Source: an uncultured Holophagales bacterium (lineage in GTDB: Bacteria; Acidobacteriota; Thermoanaerobaculia; Multivoradales; UBA5704). From it: a stretch of 64,000 nucleotides of DNA. Within the stretch, counting starts at the first letter, position 1, and every line of letters begins with the position of its first letter. The stretch is from contig CAWJGT010000004.1 of NCBI GenBank assembly GCA_963842525.1, positions 96,001 to 160,000 on the forward strand, given 5' to 3'. Shown here piece after piece: positions 18,009 to 29,092 of this stretch. The position numbers and the translations under genes are program-made. The notes under the pieces are model-generated. The model searched no databases and was not told the DNA's origin. It saw nothing but the letters and a program-made list of their open reading frames with translations.

Positions 18009-21000
18009 ATGCCCCGTAATCTGCCGTTTGCCGCACCCCTTTCCCTGACCGACCTGATCGACGAGCTGGGCCGGGATGCGAAGCTGGGGCCGCAGATCGT
18101 GCATGCGGCCTATCTGCCGGGGAGCGAGCCGCAATATGGAGAGCTGGACCCGCCGCTGCCGGAGCCGCTGGCGCGGGCAGTGGCCGCGGGCGGGGTGCCA
18201 CGCCTGTGGAGCCATCAGGCGGAGGGGATCGCGGCGGTGCGGCGGGGGGAGAGCGTCCTCATCACGACGCCGACCGCGTCGGGCAAGTCGCTCGTCTTTC
18301 AGCTCCCGGTGCTCGAAGAGGCCGCGCGCGGCGGCCCGGGGCACGGGCTGTTCCTCTTCCCCCTGAAGGCCCTGGGACAGGACCAGCGGGGCAAGCTCGT
18401 CCGCCTCGCCGAGGCGGCCGGCCTGTCGCCCGAGGTGGCGGGCTGCGAGATCTACGACGGCGACACGCCCACGGCCAAGCGGGCGGAGATCCGCAAGCAG
18501 TTCCCGCGGGTGGTGATCTCCAACCCGGACATGCTCCATCTGGGCGTGCTCGGCTCGTGGACCAACTGGGGGCCGTTCCTGGCCGACCTGCGCTGGATCG
18601 TGCTCGACGAGCTGCACACCTACCGCGGTATCTTCGGCAGCCATTTCCATCACGTCCTGCAGCGGCTGCTGCGCCTCTGCCGCTCGGTCGGCGGCGACCC
18701 GGTGCTGATCGCCTCGTCGGCCACGGCGGCCAACGCCGCGGAATTCGCCGAAACGCTGGCGGGCCGGCCGTTCCGTTGGATCACCGAATCGGGGGCGCCG
18801 CGCGAAGGACGGCACTTCCTCCTCTTCCGGCCGGAGGCGAGCCCATACACGCTGACGCTGCAGCTCTTTACGCGGCTCCTGCGGGCCGGCCTCAAGACGA
18901 TCGTGTTCACCAAGGCGCGGCGGATCACCGAGCTGCTCTATTCCTGGCTGCGCCGGGAGGACCCGGACCTCGCCGCCAGGGTGGCGAGCTACCGCGCGGG
19001 CTTCCTTCCCGAGGAGCGGCGGCGCATCGAGAAGTCGCTGTTCGAGGGCCGCCTCGCCGGGGTGATCTCCACGTCCGCCCTCGAGATGGGGATCGACGTG
19101 GGCGGGCTCGACGCCTGCATCCTGGTCGGCTATCCCGGCAGCATGATGGCGACCTGGCAGCGCTCGGGCCGGGTGGGACGTTCGGGGAAGGAGTCGGTCA
19201 CCGCCCTGGTGGCCCTGCCGGACGCGCTCGATCAGTTCTTCCTGGACCACCCCGACCAGTTCCTGGAACGCCCCTGCGAGCGGCTGGTGGTCGATCCGGA
19301 CAACGACCCGGTCTCCCGCGCTCATCTGGTGTGCGCCGCGTCCGAGCTGCCGCTCTGCCGGACGGAGGATCAGACCTATCTGGAGAGGCATGCGCCGCGG
19401 GTCGCGTCGCTCCTCTCCGAGGGGCATCTGCGCGAGTCGGCCGACGGCGCGGACCTTTATTCCGTGCGCCGGCGCCCGCAGAGGAGCATCAACCTGCGGG
19501 GGACCGGGGCTCAGTTCGCCATCCTGGACCAGAGCCGGAGCGGAGTGACGATCGGCACGATCGACGGGGTGCGGGTGCTGCACGAGTGCCACCCCGGGGC
19601 GGTCTACCTCCATGCCGGCCGGCAGTTCCTGATCCAGGATCTGGACCGCGAGAAGCGCCGTGTGCTGGCGACCGGCGCCGACCTCGACTATTTCACCAGC
19701 CCGCTCACCGAGAAGGAGACGGAGATCCTGGAGACCCTGCGGGAGCGGACGGACGGCCCGCTGCGCGCCGGGCTGGGGCGGCTCAAGGTGACCGAGCGGG
19801 TGGTGGGCTACGAGCGCAAGCGCATTCACGGCCAGGAGACGATCGACCAGCACCCGCTGGACCTGCCGCCTGTGGAATTCGAGACGGTCGGCCTCTGGTG
19901 GGAGGCCCCCCGCGAGGTGGAGGAGACGCTGCGGCGCCAGGGGGAGCACTTCATGGGCTCGCTCCACGCCTCGGAGCATGCGGCCATCTCGCTCTTCCCC
20001 TTGCTCGCCCTCTGTGACCGGATGGACATCGGAGGGATCTCCTACTCGTTCCACCCGCAGATCGGCAGCGGTGCGGTGTTCGTGTACGACGGCCATCCCG
20101 GGGGCGTAGGAATCGCGGCGCGCGGCTTCGCGGATCTGCCCGAGCTGCTGCGGCAGGTGCAGGTGCTGATCGAAGGGTGCGACTGCGAGGAGGGCTGCCC
20201 CTCCTGCATCCAGTCGCCCAAGTGCGGCAACGGCAACCGGCCGCTGCACAAGGCCGGGGCCGCGCGGGCGCTGCGGCTGCTGTTGGGGATGGAGGAGCCG
20301 GTGATCCCGTGGGGAGAGTTTCCGGAGGTGGGCCCTCACCCCCCGGCCCCCTCTCCCATCCTCACTCCCACCCTACCGGGAGAGGGGGAGATGGCCATCG
20401 GAGAGGGTGGTGTGAGGGAAGAGCCCCAAAGGGGCGTCGGCATAAAGCCTGGGGTTTCAACCCCAGGACAGCGGCCCGTTTTCATCTCAAGCCCCGAAGG
20501 GGCGTCGGAAACCATTCCCCCCTCTCCCGGGGGGGTGGGAGGGCGGATGGGAGAGGGGGGCCAGGGGGGTGAGGGGTCCGACCTCGACGTCGACCCGCGC
20601 GACGTGGAGGTCTGGCTCGTGCCGGGGCCGGAGCCGCGCCGGTTCGAGCGTGCTCCCGCGGTGGCGACCGGTCTGCCGCGCACGATCCTCTTCGACCTGG
20701 AGACCCTGCGCTCGGCTGCGGATGTGGGCGGGTGGCGCAAGGTCCACCGCATGGGGGTGGCCGTCGGCGTCGCTTGTCATCTGGAGGAGGGGCGCTTCGA
20801 AATCTTTTCCGAGACCCGGGTGCGCGATCTCTGCGAGCTGCTGCGCAGCGCCACGCTGGTGATCGGCTTCAACATCAAGCGGTTCGACTACCGCGTCCTC
20901 TCCGGCTACACGGGCGAGGACTATGCGCGGCTGGTCCCCACGCTCGACCTCCTGGAGGACGTCTACGCGCGGGCGGGCTTCCGGATCGGGATGGGGCACC

Positions 21001-21212
21001 TGGCCCAGGAGACCCTGGGGGCGGGCAAGTCGGCCGACGGGCTGCAGAGCCTCGAATGGGTCCGGCAGGGGAGGCTCGATCTGGTCGAGGCCTATTGCCG
21101 CCGCGACGTCGAGGTCCTCCGCGACCTTTATCTCCATGGCCGCCGCGAGGGGTGCCTCTTCTACCGCGACCGCAAGCGCGACCTCCGCCGCAAGCTCAGC
21201 GTCGACTGGTGA
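18009..21212 (+). CDS. MrfA/Hrq1-like SF2 helicase (DUF1998) fused to a DEDD RNase H-like exonuclease
   Basis: TPTASGKS, DELHTYRG, SAT, QRSGRVGR, CDCEEGCPSC...C; C-terminal FDLET, GFN..RFD, YCRRDV. Confidence 0.9.
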   Translation: MPRNLPFAAPLSLTDLIDELGRDAKLGPQIVHAAYLPGSEPQYGELDPPLPEPLARAVAAGGVPRLWSHQAEGIAAVRRGESVLITTPTASGKSLVFQLPVLEEAARGGPGHGLFLFPLKALGQDQRGKLVRLAEAAGLSPEVAGCEIYDGDTPTAKRAEIRKQFPRVVISNPDMLHLGVLGSWTNWGPFLADLRWIVLDELHTYRGIFGSHFHHVLQRLLRLCRSVGGDPVLIASSATAANAAEFAETLAGRPFRWITESGAPREGRHFLLFRPEASPYTLTLQLFTRLLRAGLKTIVFTKARRITELLYSWLRREDPDLAARVASYRAGFLPEERRRIEKSLFEGRLAGVISTSALEMGIDVGGLDACILVGYPGSMMATWQRSGRVGRSGKESVTALVALPDALDQFFLDHPDQFLERPCERLVVDPDNDPVSRAHLVCAASELPLCRTEDQTYLERHAPRVASLLSEGHLRESADGADLYSVRRRPQRSINLRGTGAQFAILDQSRSGVTIGTIDGVRVLHECHPGAVYLHAGRQFLIQDLDREKRRVLATGADLDYFTSPLTEKETEILETLRERTDGPLRAGLGRLKVTERVVGYERKRIHGQETIDQHPLDLPPVEFETVGLWWEAPREVEETLRRQGEHFMGSLHASEHAAISLFPLLALCDRMDIGGISYSFHPQIGSGAVFVYDGHPGGVGIAARGFADLPELLRQVQVLIEGCDCEEGCPSCIQSPKCGNGNRPLHKAGAARALRLLLGMEEPVIPWGEFPEVGPHPPAPSPILTPTLPGEGEMAIGEGGVREEPQRGVGIKPGVSTPGQRPVFISSPEGASETIPPSPGGVGGRMGEGGQGGEGSDLDVDPRDVEVWLVPGPEPRRFERAPAVATGLPRTILFDLETLRSAADVGGWRKVHRMGVAVGVACHLEEGRFEIFSETRVRDLCELLRSATLVIGFNIKRFDYRVLSGYTGEDYARLVPTLDLLEDVYARAGFRIGMGHLAQETLGAGKSADGLQSLEWVRQGRLDLVEAYCRRDVEVLRDLYLHGRREGCLFYRDRKRDLRRKLSVDW
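20333..20576. repeat. Palindromic element with a nested REP, in frame inside the helicase gene
   Basis: CCCTCACCCCCCGGCCCCCTCTCCC...GGGAGAGGGGGGCCAGGGGGGTGAGGG encloses AGCCCCAAAGGGGCG, CCTGGGGTTTCAACCCCAGG and AGCCCCGAAGGGGCG (about 20421-20508). Confidence 0.85.
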
Positions 21213-24127
21213 GGCTGGCGGCCCGCCTGACGATCTGCCCGAAACCCTTCGCGGCGGCCTGCCTCTGCAAGGCCTGCAGCGTCCGTTGGCCGGCGTCGGC
21301 GTCGCCGTGCCGCAGCTCGACCTCTCCCAGGGCGAGCTCCGCTTCCAGGTGCTGGATCCAAAGGCCGCGGGACACCGCCTCGTCGCGGGCCGTTTCCAGC
21401 GTCTGGCGAGCCTCGGCGAGCCGGCCGGCCGCGGCGGCGACCCGGCTGGACGCGATCAGCACCTGCAGTCGGGACCGCCGGTTCTGGCTCCAGTCCGTGA
21501 GCTGCAGCGCATCGCGGGCGGCCTTCTCGGCCGGCGCGATCTTCCCCTGGGCCAGCAGGGCCCGCGCCAGCAGCTCGCGGGCCAATCCCTCCCAATCCCG
21601 CGCGCCAAGGGTGCGGAGCTGTTCCGCGACCGATTGCGCCTCGCGTTCCGCAGCCTGCGGATCTCCCGCGTCGAGCGCAATCTGGGCCAGGGCGAGCCGG
21701 CTGAGGACGAGCGAGAACCTCTCCTGGGACTTTTCCCGGCTGTCCAGTGCCGCGCGCTCGTTCTTCCGGGCCGCCGCCAGGTCCCCCTCCAGCCGGTTGA
21801 CGGAGGCCAGGCCGGATTCGGCCTCGGCGAGGAGGGAGCTGTGCGTCGCCGACATGTCTTTCACCCTCTGATAGGTCGTGGCGGCCTCCTTCAGGCTGCC
21901 CTCGTCGGTGAGCAGGGAGCCGATGCGGATGAGAGAGAAGGCGACTCCGCGTGTGTACGAGGCCGCCTCGAAGAGGCGGAGGGCGGTCTCCGCCTGGCGC
22001 CGGGCCTCCTGGAGGTCTCCCTGGTCCTGCAGGATGCCGGCGAGGTTGGCGCGGGCGGTGGCCTCTCCGGTCGGAGAGCCCACCTCCTGGAAGAGGGACA
22101 GGCACTCCTCGAAGCCTTTTTGAGCACCGGCCAGGTCCCCTTCCGTGCGGAGGACATAGCCGAGGTTGACGAGGACCCCGGCCTGTCCCGTCCGGTCGCG
22201 GATCTCGCGCGCGATCGCGTCGGCCTCGATCAGGAGCTGCTTTGCCCGGGCGAACCTCCCCATCTCCGACTCGATGCCTCCCAGATTGCGGAGCGCGATC
22301 ATGCTGCCGCGCTGATTGCCGGTCTCGCGGTGGATGGCCAGGGCCCGCTCGTACTCTCGTAAGGAGCCTTCGAAGTCCCCCTGATCCATGAGCAGATTGG
22401 CGGAGTGGTTCGCCGTGGCGGCCACTCCTGCCCGGTCTCCGGCCTTGGCGTAGAGCCCGGCCGCCTCGCGGCTGCGGATCAGGGCCTCGGCGTTCCGGCC
22501 CAGGCTTCGGAGGGCGTGGGCCTGGCGATGCCGTGCCCGCGCGACGAGCAGACGGGCTCCCTGCGCATTGCCCGCGGCGGCGGCCCGGGCCGTCAGCTCC
22601 TCCTGCCGGGAGTAATTCCCCAGAGCGCCGCTCGCCTCGGCCTCGGCGAGATCGAGCCGCGGGTCGCCCGCGACCGGGGCCGGGAGCCGCCGCAGCACCG
22701 CCACGGTGGTCAGTGCCTCTTTGGCCTGGCCGGCATCGGTCTGCGCCCAGGCAAGCCGCAGGCCGTGCTCGAGGTCGTCCGGAAAGAACGTCCAGAGCGT
22801 CTTGTAGATGTCGACGGCCTGCATCCAGTCCTGGGTGGTCTCGGCGCGCAGGGCGTCGATCAGGAGGCGCTCCTCGCGGGGCAGGGCGGCGGAGAGCTCG
22901 AAGGCCTCCGTGGCCTGGCGCGCGGCGTTGGCGTCGTATCCCAGGTTGAGCCAGGCGCGGGCGAGCGCGGCGTGCGCCAGGGGGAAGCCGGGCTCCTCCT
23001 GGACCGCGCGGCTCAGGAGGTCGCGCGCCTTCAGGTAGTCCAGCGTGCGGAGCGAGTGCAGCCCCTCGGAGTAGAGGCGGCGGGCCTTGCGGTCGGAAGG
23101 GAACGAGGCGCGGGTGGCCGGGCTGGCGGCCGGAGCCTCCAGCGCCCAGGCTGCGGCGCAAGGCCGCTCCCAGCTCCTCGACCATGGTGAAGAGCTCCGT
23201 CTCAGGTCCGATTTTGCTGGCTGACAGGCGCAGCTCGCCGGTCGCCGTATCGACGAGGCGCAGGTCGACCCGCACCCTGCGCCCGCCCTTCACGGGCAGG
23301 TCGAGGTAGGAGCCGAGGAGCACTGCGTCGCAGCCCAGGCTGTTGCGCACCCGCGCCAGGCTCTCGGGCGAGAGGTCGCCGGCGTCCTCGAGCCCCAGGT
23401 CCAGCCGGGCGCGGGCGACCGCCTCGCCGGAGAGGATGTGGAGCGTCTCGCCCACCGCGAGCTCGACGGTGAACATCTCCGCGAGGGCGGTGGAGAGCCA
23501 GGCGCTGTTCTTGTCGCCGGACATGTTGTGAAAGCCCCAGACCGCCACCGACCGGCGGAGGGACGAGCTCTTCGGCGTCTCCTGGACCGCTTTCCGACCG
23601 GCAAACCGGGAGACGAGGAAGAAACCCGAAGCGAGGAGGAGCAGGGCGAGACCGGCCGCGAGCAGCGCCCGGCGGCGGAAGCCGCGTGAGCTGGGAGGAG
23701 GCTCGACCGGAGGCTCCGGCGGTGGGACGGCGATCGGCATCTGCGGACGGGATGGAGCCTCGGTGCGGGCCGGCTCCCCGGCCGGGGCCTCCTCGATCGC
23801 CTTCCACGCCGCCTTGGCCACGAAGCTGTACCCCCGCCCGGGGACTGTCACGATGAAGCGGTGCTCGCCTGCCCCTTCGCCGAGCGCCTTCCGCAACCGG
23901 AAGATGTTCTGGGTCAAGGTGGCCTCGGAGATGAAGGTGTCGGGCCAGACCATCTGCAGGAGCTCGTCCTTGGCCACGACCTCGCCCTGCCGCTCGAGCA
24001 GCGCCACCAGGGTGGCGAGCGCCTTCGGAGGGAGTGGAATGGGCTCGTCCTCCCGCAGCAGGAGCCGCCGGGACGGGTCGAGCCGGAACCGTTCGAACTG
24101 GTAGAAACCTTTTTCTTCCTGGGACAT
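21196..24127 (-). CDS. CadC-like wHTH - TM - TolB-like - TPR protein, copy 2 (frameshift about 23132)
   Basis: MSQEEKGFYQFERFRLDP...VWPDTFISEATLTQNIFRLRKAL...TVPGRGY, a TM helix, then TPRs. The frame break was located by comparison with the paralogue. Confidence 0.8.
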
Positions 24128-24132
24128 AGAAG

Positions 24133-27087
24133 TCAAAGCAGGCGTGGGCTGATGACGGGCTGGCGCAGAAGGACGCCAGCCTTGTTGGCGATCAGCCGGA
24201 ATCCTTTTGCGGAGGCATCCTTCTGAAGATCTCCGAGCATCCGGCGGCCGGCGGCGGCATCGCCGTGCCGCAGCTCGAGCTTCTCCCAGGGCGAAGGTGG
24301 CCTCGAAGCGATGGACCCAGAGGCCCAGGGATGCCGCCTCGTCCCGCGCTTGCCCCAGGGTCCGGCGGGCCTCGGCGAGCCGGCCGCCCGCGCCGGCGAC
24401 CCGGCCGGCGGCGATGCGCACCAGGAGCCGGGTCCGCCGGTTCTGGAGCCGCTCGATGAGCCGGCTCGCCTCCTGAACGGTGCGCTCAGCCGGGCCGATC
24501 CGTCCCTGGGCCAGCAGCGCTCGGATCAGGACCTCGTAAGCCCGTCCCTCCAGATCCAGGAACTGCAGGCGGCGGAGCTCCTCCACGAGGGCCCGCGCAC
24601 TGCGCTCCGCGGCCGCCGGGTCCAGGTCCACAGAGAGCCCGGCCAAAGAGATGCGGCTGAGGGCGATCATCATCTTCTCCTGGGCCTTGGTGCGGAGCGC
24701 CAGCGCTTCCGTCTCCCTCTCCCGGGCTGCCGCCAGATCCCCTTGGAGCCGGGCCAGAGAGGCCAGGCCGGACTCGGCTTCAGCCAGGAGGAAGCCGTGC
24801 CCGGTCTCCCGGCCCAGATCGCGCATCTCCCGATAGGCGCCGCCGGCCTCTCGCAGGCGGCCCATGTCGGTGAGCAGCGACCCCCTGCGGCCCAGCGCGA
24901 AAGCCATCCCCCGCTTGTGCCCGCCGCCCCGGTAGAGGTGGAGGGCCTTTTCCGCCTGTTCCCCGGCAGCCTCCAGGTTGCCCTGCTCCTGGAGGACGAT
25001 CGCGAAGTAGCTCCGGGTGGTCGCCTCTCCGACAGGAGAGCCGGCGGATTGGTAGAGGGGCAAGGCCTCCTGGAAGCTCCTGCCGGCAGCCTCCAGGTTC
25101 CCCTCGTGATGGAAGAGGCTGCCGACAGCGATGAGGGCGCCAGCCTGTCCTGCCGGATCCCGGATCTCGCGGGAGACCTCGACGGCCTCCCCCAGAAGCT
25201 GCCTGGCCTGGGCGATTCTCCCCAACCCCGTTGCGATGCCGCCGAGGTACTTCAGGGAATTCAGGCGGCCGCGCTGGTTGCCGATCTCGAGGTGGATGGC
25301 GTGCGCCTGTTCGTACTGCCGCACGGCGCCGTCGACGTCGCTTTGGTCCATGAGCAGGCTTGCCGAGTCGTTCAGGGCCGCGGCGACTCCCGCTTTGTCT
25401 CCGGCCGCGGTGAACAGCCGGGACGCCTCTGTGATGCGGTCCAGGGCCTCCTGGTTCCTGCTCAGGTTGCGCAGAGCACGGGCCTGGAGGGACCTTGCCT
25501 GGGCGACCACCAATCGGGCTCCGCGCGCTTCGCCCTTGGCGGCCGCCCGTGCAGCCAGCTCCGCCTGCCGGGGGTAGTCCGCGAGGACGGAGCTCGCCTC
25601 GGCCTCGGCGAGGTCGAGCCGCGGATCCTCCGCGAGGAGGCGCGGCAGCTTCCGCAGCCCCGCCAGGGTGTCCAGTGCCTCCTTGGCATGCCCGGCCCTG
25701 ATCTGCACCTGGGCGAGCTGCAGCCCGTGCTCGAGATCGTCCGGAAAGAACGCCCCGAGCGTCCTGTAAATATCGATGACCCGGACCCACTCCTTGGCGG
25801 TCTCGGCGCGCAGGGCCTCGACCAGAAGGCGCTCCTCGCGCGGCAGGGCCGCAGAGCGCTCGAAGGCCTCCGCGGCCTCGCGCTCGGCGTTGGCGTCGTA
25901 TCCAAGATTGAGCCAGGCGCGGGCGAGCGCGGCATGCGCCAGTGGGAAGCCGGGCTCCTCCTGGACCGCGCGGCTCAGGAGGTCGCGTGCCTTCAAGCTG
26001 TCCAACCTGCGCAGCGCTTCCAGCCCCTCGGAGTAGAGGCGGCCGGCCTCGCGGCCGGATGGGAAGGAGGCGCGGGTGGTCCGCCTGTCGGCCGAGCCTC
26101 CGGCACCGAGCTTGCGGCGCAGGTCAGCTCCCAGGCTCTCGATCAGCTCGAAGAGCCTGGGCTCGGGGCTGGACCGGGTGATCGCAAACATCTCGCCGGT
26201 GGCCGTGTCGACGAGACGCAGGTCGATCCGCACCCTGCGCCCGGTCTTCTGCTGCAGGTTGAGATAAGAGCCGAGGAGCACGGCGTCACAGCTCAGGAGA
26301 TTGCGGACCTGCGCCAGGCTCTCGCGAGAGAGGTCGTCGACGTCTTCGAGTCCCAGGTCCAGCCGCGCGCGGGCGACCGTCTCGCCGGAGAGGACGTGGA
26401 GCGTCTCGCCCACGGCGAGATCGGCGGAGAACAACTCCGCGAGGGCTGTCGAGAGCCAAGCGGTGTCCTCATGGCCGGACAGGTTGTGAAAACCCCAGAC
26501 TGCCACCGAGCGGCGAAGGGATGAGCCTTCGGCGCGGTCTCATGGACCGTTTTCCGGCCGGCGAACCGGGAGACGAGGAAGGCCCCGGGGACAAGAAGGA
26601 GCAGGGCGAGCCCCGCCGCGAGCAGTGCCCGGCGGCGGGAATGGGGTGAGCCGGGAATGGGCTCGGCCGCAGGGTCCGGCGGAGGCAAGGCGACCGGCCT
26701 CTGGGGAGTGGCCGCGACCTCGGATCGGGCCGGCTCCCCGGCCGTAGCTTCCTCGCTCGCCTTCCACGCCGCGGCGGCCACGAAGCTGTACCCGCGGCCG
26801 GGGACCGTCAGGATGAAGCGGTGCTCGTCGGCCCCTTCGCCGAGTGCCTTCCGCAAACGGAAGATGTTCTGGGTCAGGGTCGCCTCGGAGACGAAGGTGT
26901 CGGGCCACACCATCTGCAGGAGCTCGTCCTTGGTCACGACCTCGCCTTGCCGCTCGACGAGCGCCGCCAGGGTGGTGAGCGCCTTCGGGGGGAGCGGAAT
27001 GGGCTCGCCCTCCCGCAGCAGGAGCCGCCGGAATGGATCGAGCCGGAACCGTTCGAACTGGTAAACGCCCTTTTCTTCCTGCGGCAT
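24133..27087 (-). CDS. CadC-like wHTH - TM - TolB-like - TPR protein, copy 1 (frameshifts about 26527 and 24280)
   Basis: MPQEEKGVYQFERFRLDP...; collinear with copy 2; the corrected frame ends ...KGFRLIANKAGVLLRQPVISPRLL at 24133. Confidence 0.8.
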
Positions 27088-27326
27088 AGGTCAAGTAACA
27101 AAATTTGAGGACGCCTGAGAGGTCTTTTGAGGACAAGCATACCTCTGCTTGGCTAACCTCCGCTCAACTCGCGAGGGTTGATCCGAAGCGCCGGACGCAT
27201 GGGCAACAGGTATCTCAGCCGGCGGGCGCCCCCGGAGCACGGTTCACTTGATTGCTTGTTCATTGTAGCTCATAGGCTGTTCTGATTTCTTTTTGTGGTA
27301 TCCCGGAGGGAGTGAGGAGGGCGAGG

Positions 27327-27371
27327 GGCCCAGGAGGGGTTGACATCCCCCTCCTGGGCCTTTCGTTTTTT
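27327..27371 (+). terminator. Rho-independent terminator with no upstream + strand gene
   Basis: 13-bp stem GGCCCAGGAGGGG/CCCCTCCTGGGCC followed by TTTCGTTTTTT. Confidence 0.75.
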
Positions 27372-27462
27372 GCGGCGGCCCTCAACCTTTATCTATCTAT
27401 GGGACGGCACACTCCTTGAATGGGAGAAGGGCGGACGGGGGACACGGAAAGGAGACTCTCCC

Positions 27463-27993
27463 ATGGTCAGATCTCGGTATTCCCGCTTTCTTCTCGCCCG
27501 CTTTCTTCTCGCCCGCTTCGTTCTCGCCGCCGCGCTCTCCGGGGTGCTGGCGCTCTCGGCCTGCGCCGGCCTGGGTGGGCTGGGCAGGGTCGTCCGGCCG
27601 GAGGTACGCATCCTCGGGGTGGACGTCGACAGCGTCGGCCTCGATTCGGTCAAGCTGGCCTTCGACGTCGAGGTCGACAATCCCAACACGGTCAACCTCG
27701 TGCTGGACACCATCGACTACCGGCTGCACCTGAACGGCCAGCGGCTCCTCGACGGGCAGCGCGACGAGCGGATGGAGATCGCCGCCCGCACCGAGAGCCG
27801 GGTCCAGCTCCCCGTCACCATCCGTTACACCGACCTGGTGCGGGCGCTGGGGACGCTGAACGACCGCGACCGCCCCTCCTACGAGCTGCAGGCCGACTTC
27901 GGCTTCGACGTCCCTGTCCTCGGCAGGGTCACCGTGCCCCTGCGCGAAAGGGGGGAGATCCCCCTCGACCGCCTGCGCCGCCTCGGCCGCTGA
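27463..27993 (+). CDS. LEA type 2 / WHy domain lipoprotein
   Basis: AAAGGAG SD, lipobox LSAC, VEVDNPN motif; a 15-bp duplication (RFLLA) in the signal peptide. Confidence 0.85.
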   Translation: MVRSRYSRFLLARFLLARFVLAAALSGVLALSACAGLGGLGRVVRPEVRILGVDVDSVGLDSVKLAFDVEVDNPNTVNLVLDTIDYRLHLNGQRLLDGQRDERMEIAARTESRVQLPVTIRYTDLVRALGTLNDRDRPSYELQADFGFDVPVLGRVTVPLRERGEIPLDRLRRLGR

Positions 27994-28117
27994 CAACGCC
28001 GCCGGGAGGGGGCGATCCGAGGTGCTAACATGCCGCCTCGGCCATGAGAGTCCCCAGAGCCCTTCGGATCGCCCTCTGTTTTCTGGTGCCTGCCGCGGCG
28101 CTGGCCGAGCCGGCCGT

Positions 28118-29092
28118 GTGAGCACGTCGGCGCGCTCCGCTTTCCGGGCCGACCGCGGCGATGTGTCGCAGCGGCTCGACCAGGTTCTCGCTCGGCGGCT
28201 CTCGGATGTCCCCGGCCTCTCCCGCACCCGCATCCAGCGCTGGATCGCCGAGGGCCTCGTCCGCGTCAATGGCGCTGCCGTGACCCGGGTGTCGAGCCGG
28301 CTGGGCTGCGGCGACCAGGTCGAGATCCTCCTCCCCGGGGCTTCCCGCGTCCGCCGCCCGCCCGCCGCGCAGCCGATCTCCCTCTCGATCCTCTGGGAGG
28401 ACGAGCACCTGCTGGCCGTGGACAAGCCGCCGGGGATCGTGGTCCACCCCACGTATGGACACCCGGAAGGGACGCTCCTCAACGCAGTCCTCTGGCATCT
28501 CGCGGAGAAGGGGGACGGGGGGAGCGTGCCGGGCCCGGTCGGCCGGCTCGACAAAGACACCTCGGGCATCGTGCTCTTCGCCCGCAGCCCGCTCGTGCAC
28601 GGCCGGCTGGCCCGCTCCATGCGGAAGGAGGGGGTCGAGAAAGACTATCTCGCCGTCGGCTACGGGCCTGCCCGGTTCCCCAAGGGGCGGATCGACCGCC
28701 GGATCCTGCGCGACCCCGAGGACCGCCGGCGGATGATCACCTCCCGCACCGAGGGCCGGGAAAGCTCGACACTCTACGAGGTTCTCTCCGAGTCGGCCGG
28801 GCTGGCGCTGCTGCGCTGCCGTCTGCTGACCGGGCGCATGCACCAGATCCGCGTGCACCTCCAGTCCGAGGGGTTGCCGCTCGTCGGCGATCCGGTCTAC
28901 GGCGAGCCGCGCTGGAAGGGTCTGAGAGATCCGGACCTGGCAGCGCTCTGCGAGTCCTTCCCGCGGCAGGCCCTCCATGCCTGGCGGCTGGCCTTCGTCC
29001 ACCCGGTCACACGAGAGCCCCTGGAGATCGTCGCCCCGCTGCCCGCGGACATGGCCGGCCTTCTCGCGTCGGCTGGGATGGAGAAGCCATGA
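28118..29092 (+). CDS. RluA/RluD family pseudouridine synthase with S4 domain
   Basis: RLDQVL (S4), VDKPPGIVVHP, RLDKDTSG, TGRMHQIRVH, GDPVYG, QALHAW. Start uncertain. Confidence 0.9.
   Translation: MSTSARSAFRADRGDVSQRLDQVLARRLSDVPGLSRTRIQRWIAEGLVRVNGAAVTRVSSRLGCGDQVEILLPGASRVRRPPAAQPISLSILWEDEHLLAVDKPPGIVVHPTYGHPEGTLLNAVLWHLAEKGDGGSVPGPVGRLDKDTSGIVLFARSPLVHGRLARSMRKEGVEKDYLAVGYGPARFPKGRIDRRILRDPEDRRRMITSRTEGRESSTLYEVLSESAGLALLRCRLLTGRMHQIRVHLQSEGLPLVGDPVYGEPRWKGLRDPDLAALCESFPRQALHAWRLAFVHPVTREPLEIVAPLPADMAGLLASAGMEKP

Noticed and set aside
17235-20339. Long antisense ORFs (also 7589-10159, 24311-26524, 30661-33015, 41894-44587)
   Set aside because: They mirror well-supported genes, lack motifs, and are expected at this GC content.
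21161-26506. 1781-aa single ORF
   Set aside because: Artefact of frameshifts joining two paralogues; the junction and tail translate as off-frame sequence.
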